A stretch of DNA of 64,000 nucleotides from the NCBI GenBank assembly GCA_009602735.1, contig WELA01001035.1, positions 396,180-460,179 of the forward strand, in the 5' to 3' direction. This document shows positions 33,295 to 45,943 of this stretch, piece after piece. This DNA comes from Mesotaenium endlicherianum. Taxonomy: Eukaryota. Below the pieces are notes generated by a model. That model ran no database searches. It worked only from the letters and a program-made list of their open reading frames with translations, and was not told the DNA's origin. The first letter of the stretch is position 1, and every line of letters begins with the position of its first letter. The position numbers were made by a program, and so were the translations under genes.

Positions 33295-34965
33295 CTAAAT
33301 ACCAGGGGCTCTATCGTCTGGGAAGCGAGACCTAGAACCGGATCTCGTTCTCCTGTCTGATGGCCTCCTGAAACCTGGGGGCTCAGACCAGGGTGAACAA
33401 GGGGGTGAACGCAGCAACTGGGCAGCCTGCTCTTGCAATGTCTGCAAATTGATGGAGATCGCTCTCTCCTGTGCAGCTCTCAAACTGACTGGCACATACA
33501 CTGGCATACCGGAGGGGTGCTGCATGACATGGGCTAAGAATACATGCCCTCTATGAGAGGGGGATGCTGGCTGCCCTCTGGTTGCCTCCTTGGCAGCCCT
33601 TCTGTCTGCTCTGTACGACTGAGTCTCACCTCCTGGGGTAGGACTCCTCCTGCTGAAACTCTTCAGCCACTGGAGATCTGGGTCTCTTGATGGGCTGGTA
33701 TCCCCAAGCTGGTGCAGGGCTGCCTGTGCAAAGGCCCTTCCAATGTGCTGTAGAGTGGGAGATGCAGCGGGGGTATGTGCCTCAGCAGGACTAGACTCCT
33801 CTCTGGCGCCTTCCTCCTCTTCGTCCTCCTGTTCCTCTGAGACTTCTGGAGTTTCTTTGATCATCTCCTTCAACCGTTCCCAAGAAAGGGAGTATCCCAC
33901 TGACCTCCCCCTTTTGGGTGCAGGTGGAGGTTGCTGGGTCCTGACCACATACAGGTCTTTCTCCCCTTGCTTACTTGCCCATTTGGCATACGCATGCTTC
34001 CCCTTAGAGACAGAATCTCTAGCCCTGGTCCTATCCTCCTGTGTCTCCTGACTCATGCAATCCTTGACTCCATCCAGTCTTGGGTCCCATGCTGCAATGT
34101 GAGGTGGCAGCACTATCTTCCCTTGCAAATCTGCCAGGTCACCGTCTTCCTTAGCTTTGTCATTTTGCTGGTCCTTCGTGGCGATGGTCATCTAGCGCCA
34201 GTCAGTGGGCTGCAGAAAGAAAGCAGGATCTGTCCTCTTCAAAGTACAGGGGTACCAGCAACCTGAGAAATGCAACTGGCTGTTCTCCCTTGCCAAGAAC
34301 TCCTAGCTTCTTCTCTCCACCTCATTATATATGGCCCTTGAACCGGTTGTGGAAGTGGCATCCATGAAGATGTCTGTATGCGTAGGGATCAAGTTGATGA
34401 CCCTGTCTGTGCCCCAGATTCCAGGTATTGGCACCGTTTCAGATTCACCTATCTGGGCCTATGCTTTGACCTCCCGGTTTGTATATCCCACCATCCTGGC
34501 ATAGTCATGGTACAATAGAAGCCCTTTGCTCACCTCTATGTACTTGTCAAAACTTTGGGACGTCTCCCCCTCCCGCTGCAGTATGTCCTTCTGCGACTCA
34601 CTTCGGCTTCTCTGGGCGTACTTGAAGGCTTCCTCCGAAAGGTCAAAGCCCTTGGCCATCACCGTGTAGCGGTAGCTTTTGATTCTCCTCTATTCCTCCT
34701 CAGCTTGTTGCTTCCGCCTCTCCTTAGCCAACCTTTGTTCCTTCGCTTTCTTAGCTTCCTCTGCAGCTTTTTTGTCCAGCTCCTCCTATCTCAGCCTGCC
34801 CTGTTCTTCCTTCTCCTTCCTCTTCTGAGCCTCCCGCTACAGTCGGAGTCACCCTGATTCTCAAGAAGAGATGGAGGATGATTCGATGTCGCCATGGAAT
34901 TCCTTGTACTCCGCCTGCGCCTCATCCGCCCTTGTTTTCCTCTTGAGTTCAAAGTTTTGAGTCAT
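33295..34965 (-). pseudogene. ORF3 of element C (B-type, with stops and frameshifts)
   Basis: Fragments GFDLSEEAFKYAQRSRSESQK, YHDYARMVGY, LPPHIAAWDPRLDG and SKGKHAYAKWASKQGEKDLY closely match ORF3-B. Confidence 0.85.
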
Positions 34966-35884
34966 CCTGCTCATTCATACCACAATTGAGTTAGTGTAGT
35001 CATGATATGATACACAGGATTAAGTTCCTTGACAGGTAAGAACGTAGTAGTGGGAGTTGTAGCATGCAATATCTGGTGGATGTAAATTGAAAAGAGTGTG
35101 CTTGAGAGATAAGTGAGTGTGCGCGCAATTGAGTGTGGAGGATGGCTATGTAACGGCAATTGGCTAGTTCCCAAGATGTTTCTCCCACTCCCTCCAACTT
35201 AATGTGTAAGTTGCCTGTCCCAATTGTCACTGGGGCTGCCTGTCACAACTGTCACTCACTGTCACCTACTGTCACTTTCTGTCACTAACTGTCACTTTCG
35301 GCCACGTTTGGCCACGATTCCCCCCAACTTAATTGGAGACAGGACCTCCCGTCACGTACCTTCCCATGTCAACTAAAATGACATTTTGGGAGGTGTCCCA
35401 GCCTCCCGAAGGTAAAATCGTTTCAACGCCCCTTTGACATTGTTTAAATGGTCCTTATATTCCCAGGTGTCCCCAGAGGCATCGTAACCCTTCCATCTAA
35501 CCAGATATTTTATGACATATATAGATGATCGACGGACCGAGCGAGTTCTTAAAATCTCATCAACCTCATATTACTCAGGTTCACTATCCCGGACAGCGGT
35601 GACCGGTCCCGGTTGGACAGATAACCGACCTGTGAACAGTGTGTCACCCTTGATGTATGGTTCCAGGAGGAAGGAGACATTAAAGACTGGGTGACCCTTG
35701 TATTCCGCTGACATGTTCAATATGTAAGCATTTTGACCGACATGGCGCACCACCAAATATGGACCGACCCAAAATGGACCAAGCTTTTTCTTGACCACAC
35801 CAGGCAGGTACAGGTGTTGAAAATGCAGTTTGACCAAATTGCCCTTTGAAAATGTCAGCTCCCGACGGTGTTGATTAGCGTATG

Positions 35885-36387
35885 TGTAGTGATTTGAGTT
35901 ATTATACATTAGTTTGCATATATTTTAATGTTTTCAAATATATTTGAAGTAGTATGGTGTGGAGTCAAGTGTGAATAGGTACTCTAGTAACTTGGTTCAT
36001 GTCCTTTGAACCTTCCAAGGCATTTTCGAAGTTAGAGGAAAGACCTAGAAGAACTCCATGTGGCAAAAGTCAGATGTGCCATTTTTAGGTCAAAAGGACA
36101 TGTGTACATTATTCTAGAAAGAGGTGGCAAGTTTTGGGATGTGTTGGGTGCCAACACATCAACATACACCTTCCTAGAAATTACTTATGTAGCAAGTATA
36201 TAAACAAGAGCTAGAACATAGAAAGACATTCCAGAATCACTCTTGTACTTGCCAAAATCCAGAAATATATTAACTTTCAAGAAGCCATCTCTCTTTCAAG
36301 AAGCTACCACTTGTGTTCAAAGATCCTTGTCTTGAATAGATAAAGTATTCTGTTTTACTAAGTACTTTATCTATCTGTTTCACTACA
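35885..36387. mobile_element. Solo LTR (503 bp) of an unrelated family nested in the integrase of C
   Basis: Termini TGTAGTGA...TCACTACA (perfect 8-bp IR) with a 5-bp TSD GTATG (35880-35884 and 36388-36392). Confidence 0.88.
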
Positions 36388-37656
36388 GTATGTTTGTTGA
36401 TTTTCTTGGGCATATTTTTGTTGATTTTTTTTGTGCTTTGTGCAAATTTTGTTGGACTTCTAACAGAGTGTCTGCAAACTCCTGAGTTAACTGGAGAGAC
36501 ACTGGGTTGTCAATTCCCTCAGGGTGAGTTAAAGACTCCCCTAGCACATCTAAAGTAGACTTAGGGACTTTACCCAGACTGAGTTCAGAAGGAGTCTTTC
36601 CTGTTGACGCATGCACCGCACTGTAGATCGCAAATTGAATTTGAGGCATGCACCGCACTGTAGATCGCAAATTGAATTTGAGGCAACAGGTCATCCCAAT
36701 TATTTTGTTTTTGGTTAATATATGCTCTCAACACGTCTTGCAGAACGCGGTTGGTTCTTTCAGTCTGCCCATCAGTCTGAGGGTGATTTGCTGTGCTGAG
36801 CAGCTGTTTGACTCCCATTAACCCCATTAAAACTCTCCATAACTTAAAGGTAAATTTTGGGTCTCTGTCTGAGATAATATTAGAGGGTAGGCCATGTTGG
36901 CATACTACATGACTGTAGAACCGTCTCGCAATTTCAATTGCAGTTACTTTGACAGTGATGGGGATGAAAATGACCATTTTTGTCAGTTTATCCACAACTA
37001 CCAGTATAGAATCGTGCCCATTGGCGATTCTTGGTAGTGTTACCACCCAGTCTATGGATATGGTTTCCCATCGTCCAGCTGAGGTGGGTAGTGGTTGTAA
37101 TCGCCCCTTGGGTGGGGTGTGTCTAGACTTGTTTTTTTGACACTGATCACAGGACTTAACGTATTTCAAGACCTCTCGAGGCAACCCTTCCCAGTGATAA
37201 TGTTTTGCCAATTTGCCAACAGTTTTGGCCTGTCCCAAATGTCCACCTAGTACACTGTCATGAGCCTGACTCAATAAGAAAGACCTTATTTCCAAGTTAT
37301 TAGAAATGACCAACTTCCGCCGTCCTGAAGTCGTTTCAGTTACCCAGACCCCTCCCTTTAGCCTATATCCGAGTGTATTAGCGGGACACACACCATCAGT
37401 TGGACTGGGCTCAAATGTTGGGTCAAAAAGGTAGGCTTTCCTGAGTTGTTCAAGGAAGGACTTTCTGACATTTAATGAAGTGAGTGCACAAAGGACTTTG
37501 TCTACAGCATGCTGACTAAAGTTCTTTTCTTGCAAGTCAGGTTCTTTAGAGAGTGCATCAGCAGGATTCAACTTCCCTGGTTTGTAGTCAATCTGGACTT
37601 GGAATTTCTCCAGCATCTGGCTCCAGCGGTTCTCTCTCCTTGACAGCTTGGACTCA

Positions 37657-38796
37657 TGTCATGATTTATTAAGTCGAGGTTGACGTACAAAACCAAGCTC
37701 TACGCGTGTGAACCATCAACCTAGGAAGACCAACTTTGCATTCACTTTACGCATCCATATGTTGACCTTCTCTAGATTTCCGAGTCACCAAAGTGTAGCG
37801 CGTCGAAGCATCTTCCGAATGGCACCGGTTTCGCGTCATTTGGTTAATTATCGAGTGAGATAGACGCGATCTAGTCCGCACTCCTTTCGGCACCTAGCAA
37901 AATCACACCAAATGGCCAACTTGTGACTCAATGCACCCAAAGGTGACAATGTTGACTATTCGTGACCCCAAGGACCCCTAGCTTTGTGCGCACAAATCCG
38001 CGAGCCCTTTAGACTACATAAGTCTTGCATTTCCATAGTATAAGTGCATCATTGAGGCTATAACTTGGTGACTACATCACCCACTCCTAGAGGAAGCTTC
38101 CTCAAGTTTCAGATTCACTTTTGAGGCGCTATCTAGGTAGAACTACCCAAGGTAAGCTCCACCAATGAGAGACACTTAGCATATTCTACGTGCTTTGCTT
38201 TGATTGGTTTGAGTTATGCTTAGCCTATGGGAGTGCTAGTACATGCCTTGTACACATAAGTGGACATAGGAGAGCCTCCTAGAGTGACTACATGCATTGG
38301 ATCCGCCGCATACGACTCCGGGTTTTCAGGAGTATAAGTGCTAGAGATGTCCCTAGAGGAACATCTTTTTAGAAGTCCCATTATGCCAGTTGTAAGTCAC
38401 AGACATTATCAGTAAAGCTTACACTTTTATCTCTTGTGTTTTCAAGACCACTTAGTCTCTCTCTTGTGAAGAGCAAGCCTTGCTGGCTTCCAGTCACTAG
38501 AAGAACTTCACAAGTGGTGAGCAAAGTCACAGCTTATACCCCCTGCCATAGGACTACTCTTGAAGATCATGATGTGCTTCCAGTGATCTTTTGGGCCAGA
38601 CTTCATTAGTTGTTTTCCTACCAGATTACAGTCTTGAGGTGCTCACTCTGGAGAGTACACACACCTTAATTAAAACATTTGACGCGTGACTATCGTTTGG
38701 CTATAAAGCCACATGTATTATAGACTTCATTGCAGCAAAGCCTGCTTGCATGTTATGCATTGCTTGTGTCATTGATACGCACCCGACCGCACGACA
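37657..38796. mobile_element. Solo LTR-like insertion (1140 bp) nested in the RNase H of C
   Basis: Termini TGTCATG...CACGACA with a 4-bp TSD CTCA (37653-37656 and 38797-38800). Pol sequence resumes on both sides. Confidence 0.8.
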
Positions 38797-39129
38797 CTCA
38801 TTCTGAAAGTGAGTCAGAGCTAGATGATATGTAATCACCTTAAAAGCTTTACCATGTAAGTATGCTCTCCACTGTTTGAGAACATGTATGATAGCAAGCA
38901 GCTCTTTATCATGAACATAATAGTTAATTTCAGCTGGGTTGAATTTCATAGACTCATACAGCACAGAGTGCCACTCCTGCTTTACCTTACCATCCTTTGT
39001 GGTTTTGTCAGCAGGCTGCAACAAAATAGCACCCATGGCAAAATCAGAAGCATCAGTAACCACTTGCACAGGTTTGTTGGGGTCATACACAGCTAAGACT
39101 GGGGCGAAACAAAGAGCATCTTTAAGGAG

Positions 39130-40037
39130 CTCATGGCATAGATAGCTTTATCCTGCTGATTGATAACATCAAACTTCTCATGCAGCTTCTCGACAATCTC
39201 TACCCTAGTAGGGTCACCAAGTTATTGAGACTTACGCTCTCCTTTCCAATATAGCCACCAGTCTGCTGCATTGCCTTTCAGTAGAGCACCAGTGTGCCTG
39301 ACCTTCTCGTAGTCCTACAATTCTGGGTCATTCTCCAGCCACTGCTCAACATCAGCGAGAAACTTGATCAGGTAATACTTTCTTTTTCCCTTAGGATCAT
39401 AGTCCTGGGGAGGTATTGGCTTAGGTTTACTAGGCCCCCTGCCACCACCACCAGTGGTTTGAGAACCCAGTTGGTCTCTGTCACGCAGCAATGCCATCAT
39501 GATCCTTTTGTTCTTCTGTTGGGACTGATACATGCTCGCCATTTGCAATTGCATCTGCACAAATAAAGCTCCCAAATCTACATTCTGAGGTGGTAGCCCA
39601 GCAATTGCAGCAGCAGCAATATTAGCTCGATTAGTAGCAGCTTCGGCATTCTCGATTGCTGCCGCTTCGGCTATGCCTGTTGCGCTCAATTGTCTGCGAA
39701 TTTGAGGGAGAGGTATAATAGTAGGCTCAGCAGGAGGTTGGTTTTGGAGATTGGCCCTCTCTGTCATCTGCTCTTCCACCGTCCTTTCATCAGGGGCCCT
39801 CCTGTTTACTGCCTCCTCTACCTCTTTGGCTAAACGCTCATCCTCAGCCAAGTGGGCTGTTACTGCAGCAAGAGCTGCTGCTTGCTCAGCAGCTTCTCTA
39901 GCTCCTGCATCATGCAGCGTTTCTAAGTAGGTACGGGGTCCAAAGACGCAACTTTCGTCCTGCCCTTCTACAATGTTATCATTGTCCTTACCCTCCATTT
40001 CTTGAGAGTTGCTAGCTTGAGATCTAGTCCTTACCAT
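39130..40037 (-). pseudogene. gag: Truncated gag of element C
   Basis: MVRTRSQ start and homology to Gag A/B ([26 protein letters not shown]), with an internal stop and a 3' deletion. Confidence 0.87.
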
Positions 40038-40070
40038 ACACGACTACTGTGATAACTGCTCCGATACCAC

Positions 40071-40805
40071 TGAAATAAATCGACTTACCAGTAGGCGATT
40101 AACAATTAATAAAGATCTTTATATCAGCAAGTAATCTTTATGGTATTTCCGTTAACTAGTTAAACGGCAAAAGACTACACACTAGCTGTGAACAATACTT
40201 GCAAGTCAAATGCAAAGTAAACTAGCATCAATAATGCAATCAGTAAACTCATACATAAGCAAGGCTAGAAGACAATGCGTATCAATTGCTTCTCGCCTTG
40301 GATCCAGATATCTCTCAGTAAGCTGTACAAGAGAGTTGGCCTGGTTTCCGAATGCCGAAATTCTCGAGAGCAATACCTAGCATATGTACATGGAATGAGT
40401 TTACTGTTCAACGGCAAGTGCGATGGCACCTCCTACTCGGGAGTTAACCACGTTGGTAGGACCTCGGCTAGCCAAATCCACAGCCATCTCCCATCATCTC
40501 GAAATGCCATCCACCTTAAGGGTGTCATCTGGCCACTCATCTAGCACACCACACTTGGATGCATAGTTTGGCAATTTGCTGCTGCCGAGTACAGCAACCA
40601 GCTGACTGTCAAAGAATGTGTCAGCAAGCTGAACCAAGTCAACAGGCTGACCTAATTGACTTCAGCCTGCTGCTCTCGACTGAGTCATTTAACCAAGTAT
40701 CAAATATCCTGCACACTTACTATTAACTAAAGTTCAGCAGGTTGAACTTAATTAACTATTATATTGAATGAATATTATATCTATCCGACATACTAATTCA
40801 TTACA
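40071..40805 (-). repeat. 5' LTR of element C
   Basis: Family LTR with TG...CA ends; PBS adjacent at 40058-40069. Confidence 0.92.
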
Positions 40806-43444
40806 ACAAAGATCAATTAGTTTTTTTACCGAACTTCAATCAATCACGTCGCGCCTGAGACCATTGTAAACAACACTTTTATTGGGCTCAATTTACAAAT
40901 GTACCTCCAGGTATAGCGTCGTACTTTTCAATTAATTGATTTGCGTTTGATTTCGCCATCGTAAATTGGGCCAATAACGTTGTGGAACTCACTTTCTACT
41001 TTTATATTGGTCAAGGTTCGTGTCACATGCACACAACTCAAATTTTAAAAAACAGTCAAGAAGGATAGTGCAAAAAGTCGCGAGCGTGTCGCGTTGGTCG
41101 ATGTGACCACTTGGCGACAAATGTTGCAACGAAGGCTGTCGGCAGGCGCTAGGCATTGGCGTGACTAAGGTGAGAAAGAACCCAAATGGCAAATGAAAGA
41201 TGCAAGGGAGAGACTACTCCCCAGACTGAACACTGTCAGGCTAACATATATGCTGTGGGCAAAAACCCCCCTTAACAGGGAGAAAAGCCCACAGCTTATA
41301 AGCTGTAAATGAGAAAAGAAAACTAAGAGGTATGAACTGGGCACTACTGGGCAGCTGGGCAACTATTACAAGAGGGAAAATGGGCTATGAAACCATGTAG
41401 AGAAAGTCGGAGCGGGGTAGTATGGTCCTACTCTAGAATGCAAGTGGCTAGTCTTATGAACGTGAGCAAATCCGTGAGCAATTAGTGATGTTATAACCGA
41501 GCTAGAGTGCGAGAACGCTCACGACTTGATGTGTGCAACTTAGGTGTGTGATACAAGCCGTATACCAACAAAGAGCAACGAGCATTGATACACAACCGAG
41601 AAGTCATACGAATCATGGTCTTTCTAAAGCATGAAATTGGACATACAAAAGCTAACACCGAAATGGTGTTAGCGTAGTGCTTAAGTAGCGTGCCCTCGCG
41701 GATCTATCTATGCCCAGGCCCTACCTAACGAAAAAGAGTGGCGAACATCTAACGACTTAAGTTTTAACGCGTTATCTCGTTAATCAGACAATAATGATTC
41801 GTAATGGACGTGAAACAAAAAGGACAAACGAAGTACGACGAGCGTGCGACCGTGCGACGACCAACACCACACACACACCCCCTACTCTCCCTAACCCCTA
41901 GCAATCCCGTGGGCACGCCCGGCACGATTGCCTTTAATACATGAAGTCGTAGTCACATACGGCTGTGGATCCTACTTGGTACCAGCGCTGACCCAACAAG
42001 CGGGCGGGCTTGTGGATCAACGTCCACACGTGTGGGCAGTGGCACCACGTGTGAAGGGAGGGGGTGTGCGCGTCATCCGGGCGGAACCCCACAGTTGCTC
42101 AAAAACAGATGCTTGTGAGTGGATCGCGGGTCCAAGTATTTACCATAGTCGTGAGTGAGCTAAGCCTTCCTCACCTACCACCCTAACTCGACTAACCACT
42201 ACACTAAGTCCTGCCATCACCCTCCACCCTCAGATACTAACACTAGACAACAAAGGAACTCGACAACAACAGTAGACTAACTGCAGAATGGAACTTCAAA
42301 GTTGTTGTATGAGGTGAAGTTTACGAGGGTGCGCAAAAAAATATTCCATGTAATCACACAGCCAACCATTATAGAGGTGACTGCTTAATGCGGCGAGCTT
42401 CCAGCTGCCAATGATGGACGACGTGGACGAAAGCAAGAAAGAGGGCTAGAGTAGATGTTGCCGCAATTGCCGAGGAGGAGCTTGAAGGATCAGCGAGCGG
42501 TGACCACTAGAACTTTTTCTCCCATTCCTTGCCATTGTTATGTATATTACAACCTTTGAGCATGGCTAAGACATTGTCTCTACGAGTGCAGCAGAGACTG
42601 CTAAGGGATCCCTATTAGTTTGTACCTTTTATATCTCAGACATGTAGGACCTCCTTATGCATGACAGGAGGTCAAGCCTCAAATATTCTTCTAGACAAAA
42701 GGGCTACTCTACATATAAGACCTTGAAAATGCGCAATATATGTTTGACCGATATTGATCAATGTATCTCATATTTGGAAGTAATTGCACGAGGTAGTTGA
42801 GTCACATTGCGCCACTATGGAACCGAAAGAGTTCACAACTTTCCATGAATTTATAATTACAGTAATTTCCATCAAAAAGTTTTCCATTTGAAAAGTTTGT
42901 TTTGTCTTTTTGTATGATGCAATATCAGGCTTGGTGTGGTGTGTTGGCTGCCGATCAATACGTCACCTCGTTATGCACGCTGAGACTTGTGATGTGCTGT
43001 ACACTAAGATGATGTAAGATAATGGAAATTTTGTAAACATAGTAAATGCGAACGAAATAATTTTTAAGTGGAAGGAGGTCAAGACTCATATTTCTCGTAA
43101 AGGAAGGGGCTCCTACAGGGGACCTTGAATATAAGCATAATATACGTAACTAGCTCACTTGAAGTGCCTATTACAGTAGAAACAAGAGTAAGTCGTGAAC
43201 CATTAGAAGCAAGTCCTAAGCTTTGTGCAAAATCCTTTTCAAGCAAGAACTAACCCAGCCATGAGAGCCGCCACAAGTAGTAACAGGGCCACCTAAAGCT
43301 ATACCTCACAATATGTATGTTGGGACGTCAACTAAGAGCCCGCATTGTGCCCCAATCAAGCATAGCAGCTCACCCTAACAGTGCTTCTCTATGAATACCA
43401 CCGTATGTCAAATTGGGCAAGGAAACTGCTTCAAATTAACTACA

Positions 43445-45426
43445 CTAGCTGGTATTGTTGTACAATGCAGAGATCTCCAATATATAGCGGGCTGCGATGA
43501 CATCTCTGCGCATCTTCATGGTGGGCGTCAGAAGCCCATTGTCAACCTGCAAAAAGTACAACAAGACGGACGGGGCACAGAAAGACACGAAGCAATTGAT
43601 AGGGAGTCAACAAGTAGCAAGAACATTCACTTGGAAGTCACGCAAGGCATAGCAAGGGTTCAGCTCGCACACGTGGAAAAACAAGATTCCCTAGTATCAT
43701 GTGCCAAAAGACGTTGCATATGAGAATGCGCACGTGCATGTGAAGTCATGGAACCAAGGCTTTGATGCTCTCGGCGTCCTCCTGCTAAGGCTGCATGGAA
43801 CAGTAAGTGTGAAGAAGAGGGGATGGGGAAAGGAACTAAAAAGAGGGCTCTGGCGGCGTACAATAACGGCAACACTCCACACACAAAGCACAGCACGCCC
43901 CCCTAAGCAGGACAGGCCATCCTTGATAGACGCAAGAGAAGCTCTAGAGAACCATAGACGAGAAAGAGGCCTGGAGGCAGAGCCAGAGCCAGAGCCAGGG
44001 CTAAAGCAGGGACCGGGGGTGGGCCGGAACGGAGCCGAGGGCGGGACAGACGTACCGAGAAGGGCTCATCCAGAAGGACAAAAGCGCCGATGCGCTCGTG
44101 CGTGTGCGTGCGGCCCGCCGCCTGCAAGCTGTTCACACTCAAACAGCGGTGTCAATAAAGAAGCCAGGCAGTTGGGTCTTGGTTAGTTTATCGGACAATT
44201 CAGTTGGGCAGAGAGGGCCCTGACAGCATGCCATAGCTAGACCAGGCTGAGCCGGAGCTGAACCAAACTAAGGCAAATAACACCCACACGCACAAAAACC
44301 GAAGAGGCATACCAGATTGGGCCGAAACGAGGCTAAGTCTGTACATAAGCAGCTGCAGCAGCAGCACCCGCAGCAGCACCAGCAGCAGCCAGGAGTAGTA
44401 GTTGCAGATACCAGCTGACGACACCCCCAGGCAGCAGAGAAGGAGCAGCCGGGCAGCAGCAGCAGCAGTTCCACATCCGCAAGAGACACAATCACCGCGT
44501 CGCGCGAGCATGGCTGGCAGCCAGCTGCCAGCTCACATCTGCCAAATGTCCGGTTACAGGCCCACGGGCAACCCAGTAGAGCTGGTAGCCCGGGCACACA
44601 GGATATCCTTCTGGCAGCAGGAGCAGAAGCAGAAGCAGCAGCAGCAGCAGCAGCAGCAGCTCACCAGCGGTTGAGCTCGCAGCGCACGATGTTGCGGAGC
44701 TCCTCCGGAGTGGGCTCCGCGTCCGACCCCCTGCCGGCGGCTGTGAGCTCCTCCTTATTGGGCACCACCAGCGCCCCCAGCCTCCGCTGGTCCTGCAGCA
44801 GCAGCAGCAATAGCAGAGGCATTAGCACCAACAGCAGCAGCTGCAGCAGGAGCACTAGCTCTGGGAGCAGCAGCAGCAGCCGCATCACAAGCACCAGCAG
44901 CAGCACTAGCTCAGCAGCAGCGCCAGCGGCAGAAGCTGCAGCACCACCAGCAGCAGCAGCCAGAAGAAGAGCACCAGCAAAGACAGACGCTGCAGCAGCA
45001 CTGGATCCAGCACTGCGAGCAGCTGCAGCAGGCCGCCATGCAGATTGAAATCACACAGTGCAGCCCGTTAAGTGCGTGTTATCTCGGCGCTAGCACGCAC
45101 ATCAAATGGAACTTGTAGAGGGAGAACGAGGGACATCAGATGAGACACAAGCAAGGGGGTAGCTACCACAAACACAATGACATCACGAGGCCATTCATGC
45201 AGCGGAACTTGCACCTGCAGCATGCAGAATACTACCCATCACTAGCCATTGCTCTCTGCAGGTCCTAGAGAAAAGGAGCGTCTCAGCCTCGTCATGGATG
45301 AGACGCATGCAAACATGCGCACACGCACTCTCACACGCACTTGTGTGTCCCCTTGCTCACTGATGCGCACCATCATAAACAAACACCTTTCCATCATAAG
45401 CGACCAACACACGTGCTCTCCTGTGG

Positions 45427-45467
<41 letters not shown>

Positions 45468-45791
45468 TGCAGAACACAGCGGCAGAGGAAGGGGGCGTGA
45501 GATGGATACCTGACCCACGAGCATGATCTGCTGCACCACTTTGCTCATCAAGGCCGCCTCCTCAATGTGAGCCGGCTCAACATTCTCACCTGCAGGGGCA
45601 GGCAGGCAGGCAGGTAGCCGCGCAACCGCATCAGCATGCCCTCCTCTCTTTCTGTTATCATTCTGCATGCTCCCACGTTTTTGTATACGAGAAAGAGAGT
45701 GAACGGAGAAGAGAGAGAAAGGATGGAGACTAGGAGAGGGGGAGGGAGAGGGTGAGGAGGGAGAAAGAAAGAGAGAGAGGGATATATATAT

Positions 45792-45863
<72 letters not shown>

Positions 45864-45894
45864 NNNNNNNNNNNNNNNNNNNNNNNNNNNNNNN

Positions 45895-45943
<49 letters not shown>

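Larger units (their letters stand above)
35385..39127 (-). pseudogene. pol: pol remnant of element C (RNase H, integrase, chromodomain), interrupted by two solo LTRs
   Basis: ORF pieces 38701-39090, 36585-37616, 36383-36694 and 35571-35909 match Pol B. A 37-bp tandem duplication lies at 36609-36682. Confidence 0.88.
31811..40805 (-). mobile_element. Ty3/gypsy chromovirus copy C, decayed, with a gag-to-RNase H deletion and nested insertions
   Basis: LTRs at 31811-33183 (interrupted) and 40071-40805, TSD ACGAA/ACAAA, iMet PBS and PPT. gag joins directly to RNase H at ~39127. Confidence 0.92.

Noticed and set aside
41120..42270. Possible additional solo LTR (TGTTG...CAACA)
   Set aside because: The composition is LTR-like, but no convincing TSD or second copy is in the window.
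44630..45010. Poly-Gln/Ser/Leu/Ala ORFs from CAG-rich repeats
   Set aside because: These are intronic trinucleotide repeats around a real exon on the minus strand.
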